The position numbers and the translations under genes were made by a program. The notes below the pieces were generated by a model. That model was not told the origin of the DNA, ran no database searches, and saw only the letters and a list, made by a program, of their open reading frames with translations. Shown here piece by piece: positions 13,503 through 26,309 of a stretch of 64,000 nucleotides of DNA; position 1 is the stretch's first letter; each line of letters begins with the position of its first letter. This stretch comes from Camelus ferus (Eukaryota), in assembly GCF_009834535.1 (NCBI RefSeq), contig NC_045697.1:82896001-82960000 (forward strand), written 5' to 3'.

Positions 13503-14135
13503 ATGGACTTATTTCTTGATTTCTTATATGTTATTAATAGTTGTTAAAAATTTTCTCATTGTTTTTTTCTCCTTAAATTGTATTCTTGTTGTTTTAGTTA
13601 GGTAGAATTATTTTTTAAAAATCACAGCATGATTTTCATTGTTTCAAACCTTTTACATGTTTAGAAACAAAAATCTTTTTGAAAAGTTTCAAGCTGTAAA
13701 ATAAATTTTTGTGTCATTACTTATATAGAGTAGACCTAAGGTGAGATGTATCCCAGCATATAATCAACTGAAATTTGTTTTTTATACTGATGTGGATTTT
13801 GAAGATAATTTTACAAAGTATTCCATAATTTGAATTTAACTAGAAATGCCAATCTTCAGGTAAATCTTCAGATAAAAAGATCTTGCATTAAGCATTTCAT
13901 TTTCAGAGGACACCATGTGCAAGTACAATTGTGTATGTGCAAAACACCTCTTTACAACAAGTAACATTATCATCCATACTTACCAGTTTCTAACATTTGT
14001 GATAAAGAAATTATGTTGAGTGAGTGCGATACTATTACTGTGCTTCAAGGAAATGTCTCAACAACAACCAATTTGAAATGAGAATAATCTGAAAAGAAAG
14101 TAAAACAAATTTGCAATGGATTATCTGACTTTTCT

Positions 14136-14465
14136 TGTGGTAGAAACCATCCAGCTATTCACTGAACCCATGTCCCTTTTCTTAGGGGAACTAGTTGTAT
14201 CTTCCTTGCTGTTAAGTGTAAGCACATGAGTAAGGTCTAGCCAATGAAAAGTAGGTGGAAGTGATGTGCTACACTTTGAATCATTTTGCCTAAAAAACCT
14301 CTTGGGTAAACCTTTTCTCTATCTTTTCTTTTATTTTCCAAGTAGATGTCAATATCCAGCCTGTAAAGAAAACCACAGGTAGAATATGTCAAAACTTCCA
14401 TACACCTTTGTCCCTGTTGGTTGACCTTTCTGTGAAGCAAAAAGTAAACTTTTATCATGCTAAGT
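14136..14465 (+). mobile_element. MaLR solo LTR (old MLT1, J/I-like)
   Basis: TG start; catgagtaaggtctagccaatgaaaagtaggtggaagtgatgtg; aaagtaaacttttatcatgctaag. Confidence 0.65.
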
Positions 14466-16750
14466 ATGGACACAGGTAGGACTGCACACAGTGATGTTTC
14501 AGGGAGTTGTCTCCGGATTGCCTGACAAATATAGATATAGGAATTAATGCTTCCACCCCATGAAGAGCTGCTACCCTGAGCTCTCTTAAAACTAAAGGGA
14601 AGGTTTCCACAAAATCCACAGCTTCTTCTTAGAAACTGGTTTATGGCATCTCTGTAAACAGCTGGAGCTGATAAAACAATTTGTTCTTTACCCGCAGGGT
14701 CACTCCCAATCTCACCTCATAAAAATGGGAGCACTGAGAATGAGATCCCTTACCAGGAGCAAATCCTCCCAGTGCCTTCAACTCATCTGAGCTCTGGCCC
14801 CAAGCCTGCCTTCCTGCCAGATGACTAGAGAAAGGAAGATACATTCATGTACTGACCCTAGTCCTATGAGTATCAGCGTGCAAAAAGCAATGTTTGTGGG
14901 TTAAGACAAAGTCATTTCTTGACATTGTGACCGTGTGATTTCAGTTTTTATCTTTATGACAGCGTTATCTTTAGTAACACATTATGATAAAAGAAATCAT
15001 TTTTTTTTCTCTCTTAGTCATTCAGCAGAGTGGCTTAGAGTATACATAACTTATTGGTTATGATAATCATGCTATTCTTTTTGTTATCCGTTTCTTATCA
15101 TGTTTATAAATAGTTAACAAGCAAGCATTGCATTTGAATCTTTTGATTTTTTAATTCTGACTTTAGAAAGAGAAAAATTTATTACTTGAATATAGCAAAC
15201 ATTCTAAAGATAAAAGATGTATCAAATGCTCCAAACTGTATATGAAACAAATGCATATGACATTTATCATTATATTCATATTACTTGCATGCATTAATTA
15301 GCTCTAAAATATTAATACACTAGAAGCCAGATAATTTAAATATGGGAGCAAGAAATAAGGAATACATAAGGGGCAAAAATAAGTCTCCTACTAAATAAGA
15401 AGGAAAGCACATTAAATAAATCATGTGAATTAAAATTATGTTGGCAAACATTGTCCAAAAGAATCACAGAACTAAAAATGATTATTCATTTATTTCAATT
15501 CTCTTAGGATATTTTTAAAGAATCCTAGATGTAGTTTCAATTCACTAACAATTTAAAGGAATTTTTTTCTGAATCATAGGGCTATAGCCAGCAGCTTAGC
15601 ATGGGTAGAATGCAAAACACTTTTTAATTTTCTCAAATTAGTTTGACCTGTTTCTCTAACTGGAATTTCTGATTCGTATTAAAAATGATGCAAATATTTC
15701 AATCCTGCCTCAAAGCCTGGGATGCAAGGCTGGAGGCGCCACTAGGCTCAGGTAACCTTATCCACACTCGCAACCTCTTACAATGTCTTCCTCCCTGCTC
15801 CTAAGGGTCTGCTTCTCCCCTGTGGAGCCCTGTATCCAAATCTCACCTTTTTCTTTCATGAAATCTAGAGGACATTGCTCCTTTTCCGAAAATGATGATT
15901 TAGCCTCTGTATGTATGTGTATAGCCTCCTTTCTATAAGGACAAAAGAAAGGTGGAATGCTGAACAAGATAGACCACAGCAAACCCGATGGCTTCAGAAC
16001 TCAGAGGACACACATATTTCTGTGCTTGTGTCAAATGAGAACATGAATAAAAGTTAAAATCTGTCATAATGTTTAGTTTTCATGTAAGAAATACACACTC
16101 ATTTGTTAGTTATCTCATTAAATGCTCATTCTCTAATTTTAAGCACTTTGAAGAAGAAAAAAAAAATACTACATACAGGGGAAAAAGAAAGTTAACTAAG
16201 CCAGAAAATAAGATATATATATTTATCTATTTCTTAGAGAGCATGGTATTAAAAATGTTAAGGTCAAAGTACATGTTTAACAAAAATCACCTCCAATGTT
16301 TCATCGTCGCTCTTATTATCTTATGTAACCTCAAGCCGACTGTCTCAGAAGAAACAACTTTGTGTGCTCTTTCTTCATTGTAGATGATCTTTTCTTTCAT
16401 GCTAGCCCAGCATTGCCAAATATCTGTATAATTAATTTTTTAAAAAATCAGCTTTTCCAGATTGAACATTTTTAAAAATGGAACAAATTTCACAAACTCA
16501 TCCAACTGGAGAAATCACCAAAAAGTAAGTTTTTAACTATTCATCCTATTAGAATTGTAAGCAGAAAGTGTTAGTCTTAGCATTTCCCTCTCACACCATT
16601 GATTCCTTGATGCAAAGTCTAGGTTACTTTTGGAGCACTGTAGACATGGAAAACGTGTAATCCTAACAATATTTATGTTCGTGGAATAGTCGTCACTGTG
16701 TAGTTCTGCAATCACTCTAGCATATGAAGGATAAACATTTAAGTTCTGAG

Positions 16751-17346
16751 TGTACATACATTTTCCATTGTTGCTATCACAAATTACCACAATCTCAACA
16801 GTTTAAAACCGCACAAATGGATTGTCTCACAATTATGTATGTTAGAATTCTGGGAGAGTGCAGCTGGTTCCTCCACTTGGGGTCTCACAAGGCTGAAGTC
16901 AAAGTCTCCTTGGCTTGGGCTCTTCCCTGGAGGCCTCGGGAGACTTCCCTTCCAGGCTCCTTTAGCTGGAGGCAGAAGTCAGATCCCTGGGGTGCTAGTG
17001 CTGAAGTCTCTTCTCCTTGCTGACTGGCAGCCTCTCTCAGCTATTTTAGGCCCCCTGCTTTCCTCCTCACATTGCACCCCCATCTTCAAACCAGCAATGG
17101 TGTGAGTGTGTCTGAGGCTTCTCACCTCTGACTTCTCCTTCACACCTCTTCTGCTTCCAGCTAGAGAAAGTTCTCTACTTTTCAGGGTTTATGTGATCAG
17201 ATTGGACCATCTTTGATAGTTCAGGAAATCTCTCAATTTTAATGCAAATAACTCTAATTACAAGCTCCTTTTGCCTTTTAACATATTATACTCAAACGGC
17301 GCAGGGATTGCATGGAGATCTTTGAGGGACCATCCTGCCTAGTACA
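16751..17346 (-). mobile_element. MaLR solo LTR (MLT1D/E-like)
   Basis: TG...CA ends; acaaattaccacaatctcaacagtttaaaa, tctcacaaggctgaagtcaa, cccccatcttcaaaccagcaatgg. Confidence 0.85.
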
Positions 17347-17959
17347 GAATGCTGTAATTCATTTTTAGAAACATTTTAGGAATTTTTTTTGTAGCCTAAG
17401 TGAACAATCTTTAGTAACGATATTGTCTCATAATATTATAATCAAAAAGTCTATATACTGATTCACATTCCCCAATGAAGGCTTATAAATAATGTACATA
17501 TCATGATAATTATAATATTGTATAATCTATTATAGGGCCAAATATATATATATATGTGTCACACATTTTATATATATATATACATATAATTTTTCTGATT
17601 GCTTGGGATTTATAGTTTTTCTCTAATATCATTTTTCTTTTCATGGATAACATTTTAGACTATAAGGTGTACATGATCACTCACAAAGAGCAAATTTCTG
17701 TCAGATGGTTTTCCTGTCAGTTGACTTTCCTGAACTATGTCACGTTTGAATTCTCCTCACTCACTCTCCTGTCCTAGAGAAACATCTCATGATGTAGTCC
17801 AAATTCAACTTTTTATCTCATGAAGAAAAAATCTATTTAAAAAATTTATGACAAGCAAGCAATACTCTTAGGTAGATACCTTAACAGCAATGTTAAAAAA
17901 AAATCTCATGACTCCATATTACCTCTACCTTATCCTGCTCCATTAGGAAGATAATTTTA

Positions 17960-18250
17960 AATATTTTTTTTTCTTTTTACCAAGATCTGCTGCTAGAAAC
18001 ACATCTTTCATCACAACCCAATACAGGCAAGCACAAATGTTCTCACAAGTACTCACATCATGTACAAATGTAACTGAAACTGAAGTTTCAAAATGTAATG
18101 TTTTTCCTCCTTTTAATACATGATGTACAGTCATATGTGTTTATTTTTGCTTCATTCTATTTTACTTCACAAAAAATTCTATTGAAACTGACTAAACTGA
18201 TTTCACAACCTACTAATAAAAATAGGTGACTCCTATAGCTTGAAAAAAAA
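17960..18250. mobile_element. hAT-Charlie-like DNA transposon remnant
   Basis: actaaactgatttcacaacctactaat...gcttgaaaaa resembles a Charlie-family terminus. Confidence 0.45.
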
Positions 18251-19086
18251 AAAATCTTCCTTAAGAGACTCCAGGTTAAGATATATTTTACTGTACTCTG
18301 CTCTCTAGAGGTGAGAATTTCTCACAAGCATGGAATATGGAAATAGACCTCACCTCTCAGTAATGGTGACTTCCGCTCTCTCCTGTTCTGAGCTAATCTT
18401 CCAAAGATCACTTCTCTCTCCTAGTTTAGCAACACAAAAAGAGTTCCTCACTCTCTTTTTGCTAGTCAAACAAACACCAATAGCTCTCAGTTCCCTAGAG
18501 AACTTCCTTTCAAAGAAAGGGCCCTTCATTCTAGGTATTTATATATATATATGTAATGAGATGTGTTATCACTGCATATCATGAATTGCCATATTCTTTA
18601 CTCTTAATACAGTGAATTTGCACTGCCATCAGCCCCAAATGTGCTGATAACCCATTTCAAATTAACCCTTTTCCCTCAGATCCTCTGGCTTGAAATTCAC
18701 TCCAGAGGTCCAATATTGATATTAGCCAGAAAGCTACTGAGGTTTCTTTAACTTATTGAAGAAAATGAAACTCCTGGAGAGCAAAATGGATGACTCACAA
18801 TCAGAAGGAAGATTTAACTACCTTGCTTAAAAATTGAGAAAGAACCAAGGGAAACTAATTCCCCCATACTCAAACCCATGCTATGCTAGAGAAGATGGTG
18901 ACACAGGTACTGCTGCCTCACCATTGACACCCCTGCCTCTAGATGGACCCACATCCTTCACTGACAGGTTTCCTTGAATCCCTCTTAAGTCAATGTTGTT
19001 GCGCATACAACTGAGTCTGGATTCTCTGTAATAACACATTGTATGATATTTATTTTATCTTAAACAATTGATGTTATCTCTATGTA

Positions 19087-19599
19087 TGTAACAGAAGAGC
19101 AAGCCAGACTCCATATTGAATTTGTTCCTTTAGCTCTAACCCTGTGCCCTGTTGCTTGTGCTTAGTCATGCTGGCTCTGCCCCTTTTGTAAAAGAATGTT
19201 GCCTATAGCCTAAAATACACGGGATAGCCCATTCTCAAAGCTCTGGCCTTTAAAGATATAACACTTTCCCACTCATACAGAGATAAAAAGTTGCAGAACA
19301 GAGAATAACATTTGTCTTGTTAGAGGTTTTTAGGAACATTTTGTACAGACTTATATGGACAGTTACATGAACAGAAAATTCCAGCACCAAAAAGTTTCCA
19401 ACAACCAGCCATACCCCTCCCCCTTTTAGTATAAAAGAAGCCTGAGTTCTAACTCAGGTTAAAATAGTTCTTTGGAACACTAGTCCACCGTCTTCTTGGC
19501 CTGCTGGCTTTCTGAATAAAGTCACTATTTCTTGCCCCGACTACTCTTGATTTATTGGCTGGTCCTTCACTGACCAGTACCAGCTTGGACTTGGTAATG
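19087..19599 (+). mobile_element. ERV1 solo LTR, MER41-like (cetartiodactyl type)
   Basis: Starts TGTAAC; TATAAAA ~19430; AATAAA 19515-19520; ends ggacttggtaatg; 4-bp TSD TGTA at 19083-19086 and 19600-19603. Confidence 0.85.
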
Positions 19600-22069
19600 T
19601 GTACACCTTTGATTTCTTGTATAGTTCTTCTGTTGTATAATCATTTGCCTATTCTTTATTATAATTTTCTCTTCCTTACAGCTGTTTAAGACTTGTTTTC
19701 ATGCTAGTCACAACTTACCCTCAAAATGAAAACAGTGTTAAAAAAAAGCTGCAAGTGTGGAAATGGGTCAGAGGGGTGGAGCTGGGGGAGCAGGATGCTT
19801 CACCTCCAGCACATTTTTAACAACTCTGCTAGAAACTCAACCTCCATGTCCTTAGGATTCCACATTTTTCCAGTGACATCTCAGATTTCATGTTTACGTG
19901 ATTTGGTTAAGTTAGTTAGCATTTAAGTATTTCTCCTAAATGTGATCATCAGGATGAAAGTCAACTGCCTCTTATTGTCTGTTCTTCCATTTTGTCACAA
20001 CCAGTGAGCAGATGATTTCTTGTCATTCCAACACCATTCTCACCTTTTCTGCATTTTGCATTACTTACCCTGGAAAAGTGTGCTGAACGATACTTGCCAG
20101 AACACCCTGCCAGCTGGTTTCCAGTTAGGGTGCTGTTGAGAAGAGACACTCACACAAGATTTGGAAAGCAGGAAGGAAAGAGCCACTTCTTGTCCTCTGG
20201 CAGTGGCAGACCGCTGTGCAGGCTGACAGCAGACAGCAGACATGAGATTCATAGTGGCTTCAGACATTCACTGGTGAATCACTGGCTGTGGTGCTCCAGT
20301 CAGCCGAGATCATTAGCAGCATTTTTCTGTGATTGATGCATGCAAGAAATTGAACATCATTAACAGCGTCACCCTCAAAAATGATCAATAACATGAATAA
20401 TAAGCTGTTAAGCATCCATTATTCAACTTGACAATAGACTAGCTAGTTTTCTTCTCTTCACAGGTTTAACAAGCTTACTTTGACAGATTATTAAATAAGA
20501 TCCTTTAATTTTATCAATATATATTCTCAATCTAAACATTAGACATTACCCATGTGTAATACAAGATCAAGTATTTTTTAAGGATGTATAGAGTTCTGAC
20601 ACATTCTTTATTATCAACTTACAGTTTTCAATTTGTAATCTTTCAATAGGTAAAATACAGAATATTAGATTTCCAGTGTTAGTTGATATTCAAATAATGT
20701 TAATGTGAACTAAGATTGCCAGCAATTTAAAATTAATGTGGAAAAACAACCTCCAAAATTTATTGTTTGGAAAACATATTTTTTCAGTGTATTTTTGTTG
20801 ACATTTGTGAAAATATTTTTTTGACTGTCAGCTTATAAATGCTATGAAGAAGCCGGACAATTTGCAATTTATCTCAAGTCCTTGAATGCTTAGTTAAAAG
20901 TGGCAAATGAGCAACCATTGAGATTGGTATTACATTTAGATAAGACAATCTCTTTTAAAACAAAAATTAGAACACAATCACATTATTAGCTAAAGTGAAC
21001 TTTAATTCAAAATCTGTGTAATAGGTGATTTCTTTAAAGAAAAATAGCTTCAAACTTTGCTCTTATTTCATGCTGCTATCATGTTAAAAGAAGGACAGAG
21101 AGAGAGAGAGTGGAGAGAGCTGTATCAACTTTTTCTCTTCTCTTTCTGCATAGTTTTATGTGAAAGAGACATTATAATGTGAAAGCTTGCGAATATTTTT
21201 GATCATGGAAATGACCAATAGATAATAGTTTTATACTTGATAAATTCAATTTTCCGAAGATGAACTAAAAGAATGTAAAACTACAAAAAATATGAATTCA
21301 GACCAATTGCACATATCTTTAAAATTCCCTTTTATATAAACAGAGAAATATAAATAGAAACTAATTACTGGTACCCTCTACTGTTATATATTTGCTAATA
21401 GAGTTCCATTCTCCTGTGAAATTCTAAAGTCACTGAGGCAGTCCTTGGATTATGAAAGTGAAATGAAATACAATATCACTCTATGAGTTATATTTTCAAA
21501 TTTAGAGTTGCATTTTACCCTAGAAATTCTTTGAAAATACTAAGAAGATTCAAGGTAAGTCCAAATGAACACTTTCTAGGTTTTGAGGAACATAATACAT
21601 AGTAACTTTAAGAAATTTTAATTTTAATTTGCCTTTGTAAATAGTATCAATAATTTCAATTTTGACTTTTCATGAATATGTATTAAAAGCAAACATAAGT
21701 CATGTGGAACCGCAGCAGGCTAGTAATCCCTCCTGCACTTACAAGCCTTTCCCGTGGTGTCACAGGCTCTTATCTTTGTATTTCTGGTTTGTGGTAGTTT
21801 CTCAAATAGTTTAATCGAATAAAGAAACAAACGAAAAGAATGCCTCCATTATCAAATCCATTTCAATGGGTTTGTTTCTGTATAATGGACTGTAAATCCA
21901 TGCAGATAGCTTCTAAATTTACCTTTTAGATTTCTCTGTGTAAACAAATGTTTATTCCGTATATGAAACTTAATTCTCATATGGTACATACAAAGTTCCC
22001 CTTATTTCTTCAGTCTTTTTTTACCCACCTTTGGCCAGTGACCACACAACATTTCTGATGCTCTGTCCC

Positions 22070-22612
22070 AAAGCACCGTTTTGATCAGACTTCATGATGT
22101 CACATTGCTGATTGAATAATAACAATCTTCTCTTTTTTCAGTTCAAGGCCCTTTATGACAGTGAGACAACATATCTTTTCAGCCTTGTCTGCCTCTTCTC
22201 CTCCTGTGTTCTCTCTCTCTCCTATTGTCCAGTCAAACAGGGCCTAATACATTTCCCTAAAACCATACTTTTTGTTTGTTTTGCAGTCCATGCATTTAGC
22301 TCATACCTCTCCTGAGACTGAAAATCCACTCACGTCAAGCAATCAAAATCAGTCCTGATGATTTTTCAATACTTACCTCAAATATTACTTCCTTCTCAAA
22401 GTTTTCCCTAAATTATTCTCTTTCTCCTTGAAGTCTATAGGATGAGTGTGTCCATCTTTCCTGTGTCAATTCATTTACTTTAACTTTTTAAATAATGATT
22501 ATATTTAATTTTTATTATACACATTTATTAATACTATATTGAGAGCTTTTATGGTCTACAAAAGATAGCAGGATGCCTTTTATAAAATAGTATTTAAGTG
22601 TTTGTCAAATGT
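22070..22612 (+). mobile_element. LINE-2 3' remnant
   Basis: ttcaaggccctttatgac...cttttcagccttgtct...ctcaaatattacttccttctcaaagttttccct. Confidence 0.65.
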
Positions 22613-23850
22613 AATACACTCGAGAGAATTATCTTTTTAGTTGTGAATCATGGTAATTATTCTTATCTTATGTCTAGTCATGAAAAAGAGAATAAATATA
22701 TCTCTTTGTACATACAAATGGAAGAAAAATAATCAGCTTCCAAAGCACTGGCAGAATTGTCCCATGTTTATGGAACAATTATAACTTGAAGCTTCTTAAG
22801 CCAGGGAGTAGCCACAGAAGAAAGCAGAGATGGATATTAAACTAAAATCGTAGGTGTAAGTTTTTTCACGCCTAGGCTGCTCCTATTTTCTATTTTTTGC
22901 TTTGTTTTGTTTTTTATTTAAACGAATGTAACTGGGACGGTTCATATCAGGTAGACGGTGAAACTGCACCTGTCATTCTTTCCTCTCCTCGTCCCTTGCA
23001 TGCAGTCAGATACCACCCTCCATTTATATTACTTCCGCAATGAATTGTGGAATCTTCGTTTTGGAGCTTCTGCTTAAATGCACACTATGCCGTTGGCTGA
23101 ATACAAAAATAGGACCCTTACATAAAAGTATAGAAAAGAGGCTGCTTTGGGGTGAAATTTTAGAAATCATAGCATTGTTTTCTTCCAACAAATGCTGTCT
23201 CATCGCTTGATAAGTGGAAGATCAGCTGAATTCCAGCCCTCACTTGCCTTCATCCAGGTATCTTGAGCAGGCTGTAACCTGGACAGCTATATACAGCAAT
23301 GCTGCTCAGCACAGGCTCGCCTTCCCACCCCTGTTATCCTTCAAGTGAGCTGCTGTAATAGAGTTGTCACTGCTATTGCAATAGCTTTCTCTCCAACCCT
23401 GAGTGATCACTCTACTGCCCAGATGGTATTTCTCCTTTCAGTACAAGACATTACGGTTATGGTGCTCAGATATCTTTGACAGATCCAACCAAGTTAGTTT
23501 TTGCTTCACCATTTTTATTGTTTTATTTTCTGTCTCCTTCCTTTTTTCTGGCATTTTACTGCATTCCCTTTCTTTAGTCCATCATTCATTTATTTTAGCA
23601 CATGCTCTAATCTCAAAACTATTTTTAGTTTTCAAACATATACATCGAAAATATATCTTAAAACCCAAGTCCATCCATCATATGTCTGCTTGTTATTAGC
23701 ATCTCTGAGATAGTCTAAGAGCCTGTGACTTGTTTGTGTGACTTACAAATTCTCTCCATTGAGAGCTTACTGGGGCATGTATGATGGATTTCTTACTGAT
23801 TTTCAAGTTCAGAAAGCTTATTTTTCTTTTTCCAAATTAAATCTCTAGAT

Positions 23851-24024
23851 CTCTGCTGTCTAATACAGTAGCTAGTAGCAGCATGCAATATTTAAATTCA
23901 TATAAGTGGCATTAAATTAAATTTAAGTTATTTTGTTAGTCACACTGGCTTTATTTCAAGAGCTCAGGACAGAACAGATCTAGAAAATTTCCATCCTTGC
24001 AAAAAGTTCTATTGGACAGTTCTG
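23851..24024 (-). mobile_element. MER3 (hAT-Charlie MITE)
   Basis: Inverted ends ctgctgtctaata / tattggacagttctg; atttccatccttgcaaaaagttctattggacag matches the antisense MER3 5' end. Confidence 0.8.
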
Positions 24025-24559
24025 TTTTAGCACGTAACTTGCAGAGCCTACATATGTTTTCAACTACATTTCTTAACACAATGATCATGCAGTGTTGTTT
24101 TTAAAGCTATTATTTTTAGTGCTGCGTCATATATGATTCATGAGCTGCCGGTTGAACCAGTCTTTAAATAATGATTTGTTGTTTTCTGTAGAAGTGAGTT
24201 ATTTTTTCACCACATCCCAGGAGAAAGATCATGCAAATTTATATGATCTGATAGCAATATAACTTCAGAGAAGAGCAAGTATCCTCTTTATAATTTAGCA
24301 ATTATGAAAGCTATGAGTTAATCTTTATCTAGAGTGAAAGGAAGGAAGACAACCGTATGGAAACAGATAGCTTTAAAAAGCTTTGTTTGCATCTGGTCAG
24401 TGAAAATTGTTATTTTCTTTCTTCTATGTAAATATGCTAGATTACCTCAAATGTATATAGCAGAATATACCATGTACCAGCCCGGCAGATGCAGGCCTAT
24501 GACAAGTGATTTTGATTATATGTTAAGTAGGACTTGGTAAATTTAGAGCTAACATGTAT

Positions 24560-24727
24560 AGCTAATAATCATTTACAAAGGACTTTAACATAAATTATCT
24601 CATTTTAGTCTCACAAAAATATATCACTGTAATTTTATCTTTATTTGCATATAGAAACTGAAGTAAGATTGTAATATGATGGCAACCAAGCAAACTTCTT
24701 TGCAAGTCCAAATTGTTTTCTACCATT
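24560..24727 (-). mobile_element. MIR SINE remnant
   Basis: tttacaaaggactttaacataaattatctcattttagtctcacaa...gaaactgaag. Confidence 0.6.
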
Positions 24728-24949
24728 TTAATGATAGTATCTATTGTTTTTAATACCTTTGTTATTTTATTGACTTATATTATTCTTGGATTTAATACAG
24801 GTACATACAGTATATTGAAATATTTTTTTGTACAGCACAATATTTACAAAATGATAAGAAAAAAATTTGTTCAATACTTTATTATCGTTTAAGCCAAGAC
24901 ATTCAAATAATCTTTTATCACAGAATTTTTCATAAATTGATGCATAGAT

Positions 24950-25598
24950 CATCCATTCATTCACTAAGCAACTAAATAATTATTGTTTTCTATTTACTAA
25001 TCTAGGGTTTGTATATTTTAAAAAGTGATTGATTTACTAACATTGACCCCCCCCCCCCAATAAAGTATTCCTCAGCTGAGAAAAAGGCATTTACAAGACA
25101 CATCCAAACAATGGAGTAGTAAAATTATACCATGCAATGAACAGAAATTTCTACTGAGTAAGAAGTAGTCCAGTGATCATCTACAAAGATTTTCTTGAAG
25201 GATTGACAAAGAATCTGAGACTTAGAAGTTGAATTTTATGGAGATAGTGCAGTATATACTAGAGCTAAGTTCAAGAAATCTTTGAAATATTCCTAACTGT
25301 ATTTGTTAAATAAAAACAAGAGAAGGTGCTAATTAAATTATCTAAATTTAGTAGCTTAAAAATAAAACATTTTGATAGTAGGTGATAGAAAATGACACTA
25401 GAGAGGCATATCACCTCATGAAATTCCCTGCATGAAAGCTAAGGAAAACCTTCAGTTAGCACAAAACTATTGGAGAATTTCTTAGAGGAGAGTGATTTTA
25501 TAATATTGACATTTTAGTTTTGTTATTCTAGGGCTGTATTTAGAAAAGTTTTGGGAAAGTATGTTGGACTAGAATTACCAGATTAGGTTTAAGGACTT
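24950..25598 (-). mobile_element. LINE-2 remnant
   Basis: cattcattcac tail repeat at left followed by purine-rich antisense L2-like body. Confidence 0.55.
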
Positions 25599-25615
25599 TG
25601 GAAGCTACTTCTTTT

Positions 25616-25726
25616 TAAAAAAATTTTTTATTGAAATGTTGTTGATTTACAATGTTAATTTCAGGCATACAGCAAAGTGATTTAGTTATACACATACGTA
25701 CATGTAACATATAATGGAAAAGAATC
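25616..25726 (-). mobile_element. Very short L1 3'-end insertion with 5' inversion
   Basis: Antisense L1 3' terminus 25616-~25703, sense piece 25704-25726; 17-bp TSD TGGAAGCT(A/C)CTTCTTTT at 25599-25615 and 25727-25743. Confidence 0.88.
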
Positions 25727-25879
25727 TGGAAGCTCCTTCTTTTATCCAGGAATTAGCGCAGCTGCTGGCAAGAAGAATATATTCTCTTTAAAAGATACTT
25801 GAATGTATCTTTGGAAGTTTTCAGAGTTGTTTAATTCAGTTGTGGATATTGGGTTCTAGTTTATGGACTTGGACAATCA

Positions 25880-26295
25880 TGCCAACATATTTTCAGCCAC
25901 AGTAGCAGAGAGCTCTACTTAAAGTGGCTTAAACAGTGAGAAAAATTATCACACAGACTATGTCCCAATGGATGACAGTTAGTTAATTCAGTGACTCAGT
26001 AAAATCATCAGGTGCTCTGGTTCTTTCCATTTAGTTTTCTCTGCAGTACTTGGTTGTGAGCTTTATCCTCAGGCTGACTGCCTTCAAGGTCACAGCATCT
26101 CACAACATTTCTTGATACCACATACATAAAAGAGGAAGATAGTCTGGCGTGTCTCCTTCAGACAAAGAAAAGCTTTCCCATACATCTTCCAACAGATTTT
26201 TCTTCCTATCTCGTTAACAAGAACCGCTTCATTTGTCCAGAGAGGGAAATGGCATTACTGTCACTGGGGAGATCAATTAGAAGCTACCCCCTGAT
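25880..26295 (-). mobile_element. MaLR LTR (MLT1K-like)
   Basis: aaagtggcttaaaca...ttaattcagtgactcagtaaaatcatcagg...ggttctttccat...aagctttccca. Confidence 0.7.
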
Positions 26296-26309
26296 GGATA
26301 CCCTTTTGT

